DNA from: Marsupella aquatica
Taxonomy: Eukaryota > Plantae > Marchantiophyta
Direction of reading: 5' to 3'
DNA: 64,000 bases
Assembly (NCBI GenBank): GCA_973895155.1
Contig: OZ316896.1
Span: 14,666,684-14,730,683 of the forward strand
Position 1 is the first letter of the stretch. Every line of letters begins with the position of its first letter. The position numbers and the translations under genes are program-made. The notes under the pieces are model-generated. The model did no database searches and had not been told where the DNA came from. It saw nothing but the letters and a program-made list of their open reading frames with translations. Shown in pieces: positions 40,567-50,519 of this stretch.

Positions 40567-40738
40567 GCCCCCCTAGCTGGGAGTAAGGTCCCCTAACTCT
40601 AGCTAGCCATGAGTTCTACAAGGTTGATATACACCTTTTTAGGTGTGAAGATCAGGAGGCCGGGTGCAAGTAAGCCCCATCGATCACCTACCTGCAATCC
40701 ATATCTGCCAAGAGAACACAAATGATAACTAGTCGGCT

Positions 40739-43700
40739 TCACCGACACTGAGGACACAACCATGATCCACTAGGAATCACCTGCAATGGTGGTGTCAAAC
40801 ATGACATGTGCCATCCTCTAGAACACTTATCACAAATCAACATAGTAGCTGCTCCCTGAGCAGATCCACACAACATACATTTCAAGCCAGCACGAACATG
40901 TGCCAAGCTTGGATCTACTGTACCATCAATGTTGGGAAGGTAACATGGTGCACAATTGCGCACATGATCCTTCCAAACCATACCATCGCGTCCCTCCAAC
41001 ATCAGGACACCAGAAGGCAATACTTCACGCACACGTAAGATTGTCCGCCCTGCGGTCACATCAAGTGTCGTGGGTGCTGTCTGTTGCAAATAAACATAAT
41101 CACCAGGATGAAATCGTCGAATGCTTGCACGGTAACCTCCTCCACGAATAGTGGCATACCTCAAAGTATCACGATGTTGGGCAATGGCAAGGTTGTCAAA
41201 AGCCATGGGCATCACTCTCTGAACACACCTTGACCCAAACATCAGGATCATCCAAGTTCACAACTGGAGCAGCATCACGACGAATAGCTGCTGGCAAATC
41301 TGGCTCTCTACCATAGAGCAAAAAGTAGGGTGAGAAGGATGCAAGTGATGCTTGCCGACTGAAACGGTAGCCCATAGCTAACCAAGGTAGCTGGAGATCC
41401 CAATCTACCAGATGACCAACCTGCAAGCCATACTTACGCAATCCTCTCTTCACAGTTTGCACAACTCTCTCAGCTAATCCATCTGCCTCAGGATGATCAC
41501 GAGAGGTAGTACGATGATCAATCAGAGCTTGTTCACACAAACTCTCAAACTCTCCATGGAACTCAGTTCCCTGATCAGTCAACACCTCAGCTGGTGCTCC
41601 AAAATGACTGAGTACACGATCCAAAAATGTAGCAGCAACTCCTCCACTGGCTTTATCTGGCAACGCTACTAGCTCAATCCACTTGGAGAAGTGCTCCACC
41701 ATGACCAAAACATACCGATTATGACGTTGGGTAAGAGGTAATGGACCAGCAAAATCCAAACTCCAACGATATCCCAAACCCATGATCGGCAACGGGTGCA
41801 ACTGGGGAGTGGGAGCATTAATGATGCTCTCACTCTATCACATACCACACACTTAGCTATCAATTGCTGGACATGAGTGTGCATACCACGCCACCAATAC
41901 TGTGTCTGCAGCAAGCTATAAGTGCGCTTCACACCAAAGTGACCCAACTCCTCGTGCGCATGTCGCACCAAATGTACTCGTTGTGATGGTTTTGGTACCA
42001 CCAACATCCTACCATCATGCAGTACTCTCAAAAGATGGTTTCCCTCCCATCGAAACCTCTTGGCTCTCTGTAGAACCCTGTCACGTTCCTTGGCATCAAC
42101 ACTGCCAACAATAGAACTACTGCGTAGATATTCCAACACTCTCACATCATTGTGAATATCTTGTTGTCCAGAAGTTACCTCACCAACATCCACATCTGAA
42201 GACTCATCATCCACTCCATCCAATGAGGTAGAGTCCACTGTATGCTGGCACCCAACAAAGAAAGGCAGATGCATGCCATCCTGGCACCATCTCCTTATCT
42301 GACTCATCATGCCATCTAGCTCCAGTCTCATCTTGCTGACTGGTACATGGATTGCGGCTTAATCCATCTGCATCCAAGTTCACTTTTCTAGGCCTATGCA
42401 CCACCTGGAAATCATACTCCTGTAACAACAATGCCCATCGTGCAAGCTTCCCTGTAAGCTTGTCAGACTCCATTAACCACTTAAGAGGCTGATGATCAGT
42501 GATCAAGGTAAAGGGGTTACCAAACAAGTAGCAACGAAAGTGTGCAACAGCCCACACTGTTGCCAAACACTCTCCCTCATAAGAGCTATACTTAGCCTCT
42601 GCTGCATTGTTTGATCTACTGGCATAAGCCACAACAAACTCATTCCCCTCATCATCCTTCTGAGTCAGCACTGCTCCAAGTCCTACTCCACTCCAATCAG
42701 TGTGTAGCTGAAATGATCTGCCTGAAATGGGTCTTCTCAAAATAGGGGATGATGCCAACCTTTGCTTCAACTCCTGAAAGGCATGCTTTTGGTCATCACC
42801 CCAAGTCCATTCCTGATCCAACTTAGTGAGTATGGTTAAAGGTTTAGCAAGCTGGCTAAATCCTTTAACATACCTCCTGTAGTAGCTCGCCAATCCCAAG
42901 AATGCACGAACTCTACTCACATCAGTAGGATGAGGAATCTGTGTAATGATCTCCACTTTAGTCTGCTGTACACCTAATCCCCCTGGGTATATAGTGTGGC
43001 CCAAATACTCAATCTGGTCTTGGAAGAACTTACACTTGCCAGGATGGAGCTTCAACCCATGTGCTCTCAATCTCTCCAACACAATCTGCAAGTGCTGCTG
43101 ATGTTCTTCCATAGTAGAAGAATAGACCAAAATATCATCAATATAACATCTGACAAAATCCAAACCTGCAAGGATTCGATCCATGACTCTCTGGAACTCA
43201 GTTGGTGCATTCTTCAACCCAAATGGTAAGAATAACCATTGATACAAACGATCTTTGCCATAAGAATCAATCCCCCAGAATGCTGTCTTGGACCTGGCAG
43301 CATGCCTAATTGGAAGCTGATGGTATCCTACCCTCAGATCCAATGAACTGAAAATCTTTGCATGCCCCACAGCATCAAAGATCTCCTCAGGTGTGGGCAT
43401 GGCATATCGATCAGATTTTGTCTGGCGATTAATATGTCTGTAATCACCACACATGCGTCTATCTGTGTAATTGCCATGCACATCCTTCTTGGCTGGCATC
43501 ACTGTGGCAGATGCATACTCCCCATATGAAATCTCCACCAATCCAGTCTCCAACAAATCTTGAGTTCTGCTTTGAATCAGAGCTCTCTCCATGTCACTAT
43601 AACGGTATGGTCTACGAAAGATTGGCGCATCACTAGCCAATTCAATCTGAATACCAGGGCCCTTCAATGTCCCCAAATCCTTCATGCTGAATGCAAAAAA

Positions 43701-46626
43701 ATTCCAATAACTCTTCAGGAACAGCAGCCAATCCAGTGCTAATCCCACCAAAAAGATCCAACAAACAAATACCCTCTGGTGGATATTGCCAAGCAATAGG
43801 AGTGGTATCCAATGGTGAAAGAGTCACAGGTCCATCTGCAAGAGACTGCTCTGCTCCTGACTGTGGTGTAAAAGCATGACGCCATGCATCATGTACCAAT
43901 CGTGCTGCTGCCTGTGGCAAGGCCTGTGCAGTGCCCCACACTGGTGGCACAACACTGCCAACAGGTAATTATCGCATGATGTGCTCCTCATGAGACTCCT
44001 CCAATGGTGGAACATCGGCTGCATGCGCATTACCCTCAATCAAATCATTAGGTCCAGCAATTACACCACTCAATGCTGCCAAAGACAATGGTGTGGATTT
44101 AGGGCCTCCCACAGGTCCACTAAATCTCACTGGCAATTTGCTCAATCGAGCATCTCTTGACTGCCAATCAGGTCTATATGACACCGATTCCTCCCAAAAA
44201 TCAAGAATAAATCCCATGGGGTAGAGCACTGTACATCCTACCAACACATCATATGACTCTGCCTTAGTCAGAATAGCTCGCGCCTGTATGTGTAAGCTAT
44301 CTGTGGTATGACCTTCCTGAATCCTCAAATCAAGTGGTCTCCTGGTAATATGCTGTGTAGGTGTAGGTCCCCCCAATGAAGTCTGAATGGGAAAGGGACA
44401 ATCCTCCAAATCCTCTGGATGCAATCCCAATTCACGTATGACAGACTTCCCCAACATCAAGGGCTGAGCACCGGTATCCAGTAACACCCTCTCTGGCTGG
44501 TATACTGCTCCAGAAGGCCCAACTAATCGAAAGATACCACTCCGATTATCCAATGATACAACACTAGGTTTAAACCTAGTCCTCTCAAATGCAGGGCGTG
44601 CTGGTAAATCCACCAACCTCGTTGCTGTTGCATGCCATGTCTCACTAGTAGCAGTAGGTGGCATGGTCTTCACTGCATCAACACTGCAAGTTTCTTCTGC
44701 ATGGGAAGAAACCACTGGAGTGTCCTCACAGAGTATAGCTGCCAATCTGAACACTTCTGCAGGACCAACTCCCAAGTTCAGCATGTCTGTCGCTGAAAAT
44801 AATGGGGTGCATACTATGGCAGTAGCCACCCCCAGCAGGGTACCTGTCATCCCTACTGTATCACTACCGGATTCTGCCAACTTACCCACGCCAGGGTTTG
44901 TCCGAACCGGGTTCATAGAGGCAGTCTGAACTATCTCTGACAATGTAAAAGACTGAGGAAGCTCTGTCTGCCGACGTGCATCCCCCCTCTGTGGATCTAG
45001 CTCCACTACTGCTCCTCGGGGCTCAAGAGCTTTGGCTGCCCCACGTGTCAAAGCTGCTGATGCATCAATATGTGCAGTGCCACACATGAATTCCATGGTG
45101 GCAAGATCTCCATCAGCTCCATAAGATGTGGAAGGACCATGGGATGTGGAAGGTCCATAGGATGTAGATGCCCCATCACCAGAAGTAGGTCTCACCTGGG
45201 AACTAGCCATAGCAGCTAGTTGTTGCTCCAATTGAGCAATCTTAGCATCCTTTGGATCTATGGTTACAGCAGGGGCAGCGTCACCTCCCTGTCTCCCTGC
45301 ATGTGGCATGCCACGACCACGTCCACCACCTCTACCTCCTCCTCCTCTTCCCTGATCATGTGTACGGGATCATCCCCTCCGTAACTCAGGGTGGAGTGAG
45401 AAACACCTATCCTTGGTGTGTCCAGGAGCTCCACAATGATCACACTGTCGCTGATCAGGTGCTGATGCTCCCCCTGATCCTCTATGATCTGGGCAATATC
45501 TCTGTGCATGATCCCCACCACAGGTCCAACATCCTGACTGTTGTCCAGCATAAGAGGGCACAGGTCTCTGGCTGGTAGACTCTCGTGCAGTAGGCTTCTC
45601 CCTCTGGCTCTTCCGTGCAGTAGGCTGTGGTGTAGATGTAGATGCAGCCTTTGGTGCTTCCTTGGCAAATCCGGAAGTCACCACCTTCTCATTCACCATA
45701 TTGAGCTCAATACGCTCAAAAAGGGTGAAAACAACTGCTAATGTGGGATCTGCATCCCTAAGCAGAGTGACATCTCTCACTCTGCGTCGCAATTCTCTGT
45801 CCAGAATTGCATACCAAAACTGGACTGCTTGAGCCTCTGTCACTCCCTTGGTGACAGTGATCAATCTGCGCATACGAGTGTATGCCTCACGTAGACTCTC
45901 TCCAGTCTTGCGCTGAAACTCCTGGAGACCCTTCAACTTATCAGTTCTCACACCCTGATAGTTCTGCTTCAGGACCTCAAAGAATTCCACCACAGGATTA
46001 AATGCTGGCGCAACTCCAGTTCCTGTCACAATCACACCGGCAGGAGTAGCGGTGGATGCTGCTGGAGTGCTGCTGGTGGATGGTGTGCCACTATGGCTAG
46101 TGCTGCTAGAAGAAGCAGCAGCTGTGGCAATGGGTTGGGCAGCCGCACTAGTGCCATAGGTGATGGACACGTAATTAGGCGACCAATGTTGCCTCCATGC
46201 CTCAATCTCAACTAAATGAGCCTTCCAAAACTCATGGTAGTCATCCATGGGTGGCCCCTCCAAATGCTGAAATAATCCCTTCCATGCCATGAAAGGGGTA
46301 AACAATGTGGCGTTACGCAATGTCTGCATATCGCACCACGTATCAAACTCCTGGATGAAGTCATCCAGATCAATCGTGCCAACTGCACCAGAGTATCGTC
46401 GTGGGCCCTTTGTAGCCCCGTACATCTCATCCATATCCCACAACAAAGGTGCAACCACCTGATGATGAGGAGAACTGGTCACTGAGTCCTCATCAGAATC
46501 ACTATCTGAAGCTGCATTGCTGACTGCTACTAATGCCGCTGGCCAAAATTGTGCCCCACTCCGAGTGAAACCGGTCCATCGTCCACCGGGTAATCCAGCA
46601 GCACCAAAAGAATCCGTGGTGACCAA
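40739..46626 (-). pseudogene. gag-pol of the retroelement: Gag (2 zinc knuckles)-protease-[DNMT remnant]-RT-RNase H-integrase-PHD finger, disrupted
   Basis: CWTCGGDHAQRYC and CDHCGAPGHTKDRC; VLLDTGAQ; RMCGDYR, LPFGLKNAP, YIDD; LHTDWS..YASR; HEELGHFG..CVVC; WSLDFAG, LTDQGTEF, GLAERVVQT; terminal CMLC..ICDKCSRGWHMSCLTPPL..WLCPQC. Gag and protease share one frame through in-frame stops at 45370 and 43969. Frameshifts occur near 43719, 42250, 41820 and 41240. The PR-RT-RH-IN order is that of Ty3/gypsy. Confidence 0.95.
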
Positions 46627-47987
46627 CCCTAACCTAATCTATGTGTCTAGGGCAATCTATCCTTGTCAACACCACAAGCACTCACCATGGTGTGTTGGGC
46701 ATCACTCCAACATCTCCAAGAGAGAAATACACAGCACACTAGAATGTCCAGTTGCAAACCCGGATCACTCCTATGGAATCAAATGCCCACACCAAACTAA
46801 CATGGCGCATAAACAGGAAACATGTGTGAAGAGGATCCAGAAACAAGAATGGATACCATTCAACTCTCCACACAAAAGCAAATGCAAATCAATATGACAA
46901 TGTGCATAAGGTTCAAGGAAGAGCCTTCATAATAGGCTTCACAATGGCACTCCAATGTTGTAGATGAGAACCAAGGCAACATTGGTTCAATCTGTGAGTC
47001 TAGATGGACTCAGAAGTATCAAAAACCCTAAAACAGCCTCTGATTTGGCCTAGAATAGGTCTCTAAACAATCCGGGAAGCGTATAAAGCCCCCTGGCGCT
47101 TGAATCTAAACAACAAGTTGTCAAAGCTTGTGTGTACAGAAGGTGGGATGAGAATTTGCTAGTTAAGCGCTCGCGGCCGAGAATAGCCCCGGGATGGGTG
47201 ACCTCCTTGCGCTCGACCTCGTGCCTCCCCTCGTGCTCACGGCCCGGAATAGCCCCGGGATGGGTGACCTCAACCTCGCGCCTGCCTGCGCTCGCGATGG
47301 ATGACTTCGCGCTCGTGGTTGGGAGCACTTTCGGGATGGGTGACCTCACGCGTCGCCTCGCGCGAGCACTTTCAGGATGGGTGACCTCGTGCGCCTCACA
47401 CCTGACCCCAAAAATGACTACTTCCTTCACGAAAAGCTCCCGAAAACTATCGATTTCCTTCATGAAAAACGCAATCCTTCCACAGAATTGGCAGCAGCTT
47501 GATTCAACACCTTTGACCCTCGTTTCTTTCACTGAAATGATGATACCGTCGCACGGGGCATTGGCAGCTCTTTTTCTTCAGGAAAAGAGCCGTCGCTTCA
47601 CCTGCGCCTTGCCAACATCGTCCAACAATAGCCGACAATCAGATCTGAAGCCCCACGGTAGCCGACAATCAGATCTGAAGCCTCACAGTAGCCGGCAATC
47701 GGATCTGAAGCCTCACGGATCGACTTCCATTGTCCAACATCTACTCAACATTTGCTTTCCTCCACGAATCATCAATCGATCTCCAACTCAAAACCTATCA
47801 CCAATCACAGATCTGTACATTGATCGGGAAGCAGGCCGATCGGACAACAACGATACAGGTCAAGATACCAACGATCTGTTCGATAACAACACACGGTCCG
47901 AGATACCACGAACCGTCGACAACTCAATCAATCAAACTTCTGTCCGCACAGTCCGTACAACAGATTTCGAATGTGATCTTTCAATGT

Positions 47988-48316
47988 AATCACCATACTT
48001 TCGGCACAACGATCCCGGTCAATAATACCCCATCGATCCCGCACCGATCCGATCACACACGTATGTCAAGCCAACGCACCTTGCACTACTCAAGGAATCC
48101 ACGTTACACAAGCGGAGCTCACAGCCACCATAGCCACACTCAAGCTCCTCTCTCTCCAAGGCTCAACATTGAAAGATGACCTTTCAATGCCTCATATGTG
48201 AGAAGTACCCTCTCACACAAACCTGACGGAACCTTATCGGCTTCAATAGCACTCATACCAAACGTACATACTCTAATAGCACGATATACTACTACACTAC
48301 TCATAATGGTGTGACA
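47988..48316 (-). repeat. 5' terminal repeat A of the split-repeat retroelement
   Basis: 329 bp, ~4 substitutions relative to the A copies at 40097-40425 and 39627-39955. It is not accompanied by B. Confidence 0.93.
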
Positions 48317-48443
48317 ACATTGACAATGACATGTCCATGAACATCCAACAAATCAGTAGTTGACACAAGGATACATGGTTCACCTGACATGAGGTTACGT
48401 CCATGGAAACACACACAAACTTCTGCACTCTAGGCCTGTTGGT

Positions 48444-48777
48444 TGTTGAGCATAGACGACACTCGTAACGATAAGCACATGACACATCCAACGTGCAACT
48501 AGCCGACACAAGGTTCACCTCCTCGAGGCTACGTCCACGGGAACACACAAGAGAGCTTTACTGAACTCTAAGCCCGTCGGCCATACCAAGTCTCCACAGT
48601 GTAAGCTCTCCTCATCTCTCAAGTGGCTCCATAACAATGAGCCTAAGTTCCACTTATCCAAGCAAACACCGCTTGGCATATAGTGTGCATCCTAGTTAAC
48701 CTAACCACGTCTCCGACTACGGTTAGTCTAACTACGGTTACATGTTCTAACCTTAGACCTTGAGTAAATACCTAACA
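48444..48777. mobile_element. solo LTR with perfect 5-bp TSD TTGGT
   Basis: TGTTG...TAACA, with ttggt at 48439-48443 and 48778-48782. Same family as 16077-16422. Confidence 0.9.
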
Positions 48778-49689
48778 TTGGTCATACTAATTCTCCGCAA
48801 CACAAGCTCTCCCGATATATCTCTCAACTGGCTTCGTAACTAACGAGCAAATGCTCGCTTGTGTATATAGTGTGCAACATGACTAACCTAACCAAGTGTG
48901 CAACTAAGGTTAGGCTAACTATGGTTGCAGTCCTAATTCTAGAGCTGGTCAAATGCAAGCTTGCATAGAGGGGTACTGAAACGTCTCCCATTTTCTCCAC
49001 CAAAAAAGTCTACCCCTTGTCAATGTTCCAAGAATATTCCAAAATGGAACATGGAATTGCCAAGTTTGTTTGGATAAGATTGAAAGGTTAGATGTTGCAT
49101 GCCAAAACTTTGGAAGTGTGCACAACATTGTTGGAAGTCCCCCAACCTTTGTCCAATCTTTTTGGGAGCGTGTTCAACCAAATATTAATGACATTTTCAG
49201 TATGTTTCCTTTTTCTTCTAAGTAGTTGTCTTTAGTTCTTCGTGCCTCCTTTGGTATCCCTCAATCTGGCACTTGATCATCTAAGAGTAGAATGATGTTT
49301 GACAATCTCCCCATTGACTCTCGTATAGGGAATGGTAATATTTTTACCTATATGATTCTTCAACGGGAAGTTTTGGATAAAACCAAACACAATTTCTCCT
49401 CTCTAAATTAAAGCAACGGTAGCCTAAAACATAAAAATGAGCAAGATCATAAATCAGTAATTACAACAAATGTTAAGAAAACCCTACTTGTGAAAAAATT
49501 GCAAAACCTACAATATGTCATTGTGTCTTGAAAAACTCTCTAGATGAATCACAACTAGATTGAGTTTACCATCTATCTTGATTAGCTCAACAAAATTATG
49601 ACATAAGTTGTCTAATATAATGGTACCTAACGTCAATTTACTTCACTCTATTTTTCATCACCTGGGTCACAGCAAAATGGAGAGAATTA

Positions 49690-49880
49690 CGGAGCCATTT
49701 GAGAGATAGGAAGAGTTTGCGTTACGAAGACTTGATATGGATTGGTCCACCGGCCTAACGTGCAATAAAGCTCTTGTGTGTTCCTATGACCATAGTCTAT
49801 CTAAGATGAACCACATATTTTGTGTGTTGACTACTTCTTGGTTGGATGTTCATGAGCATATGTTATCTTTGCTCGATAGA
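49690..49880 (-). mobile_element. inverted degenerate fragment of the same LTR family
   Basis: The reverse complement contains catgaacatccaac..aagtagtcaacacac..tgtggttca..aacacacaagagcttta, matching the solo LTR interior. Confidence 0.6.
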
Positions 49881-50519
49881 CCTTAGGTCTAACTCCATGG
49901 TATAATTATGTTGTAAACATAAACATCAAAATGAACAGATGTGTGACTTTTTCATGCCTAGTCTAACATTGTTCTTTAGACAGTCTTACTAATAAAGCGC
50001 AACAGAAACCTATTGTTGAGGGATACTTTCTAGAGTGAAGACTCTAGACCCGGACTCTGACCAAAAGTGCATCCTGAAAACACAGGGATGGAGCAAAGGT
50101 AATTATAAATGAGAACATATTAGTGGCTGATGGGAGCAAAGATAGTTATAAATTAGAACATCTTTAATGAGAATATAATTAATATTTATATTTAGTGACA
50201 GTGTAATGTAATTAAAAGTTGCAAAGAGAAAGTAGAATTTGAACGAGGCGTTCAAGTTTCAGTGAACTACAGTAGTAGTAGTAGTAGTAGGGCCGAGGAA
50301 GAGACGAGGGTGTCGGACTGATGCAACGTTGTTGTTCGTATGATAGGTCGTAGGAACAAGTTATGTGCTGCAGACAGACAGTTTCAGATTTCCAGAACTG
50401 TTGTAGATGCCAAAACAGAGCTCATCCTTGACAAGAATTTGGTGGAGTGGATTTTCGGGACATGCTTTCGGCACTGGTCAGTCGCTGGCGGACGTAGGCT
50501 GGAGAAAGCGATTTCGGGG

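Larger units (their letters stand above)
39488..48316 (-). mobile_element. Ty3/gypsy-type retrotransposon with split direct terminal repeats, 8829 bp, 4-bp TSD ACAT
   Basis: Ends TGTCG...TGACA, with ACAT at 39484-39487 and 48317-48320. Repeat A (329 bp): 47988-48316, 40097-40425, 39627-39955. Repeat B (139 bp): 40428-40566, 39958-40096, 39488-39626. A purine tract AGGGGGGCGA (minus strand) abuts B at ~40565-40574. Confidence 0.93.
39469..48965. mobile_element. older degenerate LTR copy (family of the 16077 solo LTR) split by two later insertions
   Basis: 39469-39487 TGTTGAGCAAAGACTACAT joined to 48321 TGACAATGAC... aligns without gaps to the start of the 16077 LTR (TGTTGAGCATAGACGACAATCACAAC...). 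Similarity continues 48321-48443 and 48783-~48940. The right end is approximate. Confidence 0.7.

Noticed and set aside
47132-47989. 285-aa plus-strand ORF antisense to the retroelement leader
   Set aside because: It has a non-ATG start, is built from GC-rich nucleotide repeats and has no recognisable domain. It cannot be supported as coding without conservation data.
39488-48316. Reading the element as an ordinary two-LTR gypsy with a truncated 5' LTR or stacked solo LTRs
   Set aside because: The 5' repeat starts and the 3' block ends exactly at the same internal CA-gc-TG site, both flanked by one TSD that restores a gap-free target. No TSDs separate the tandem units.
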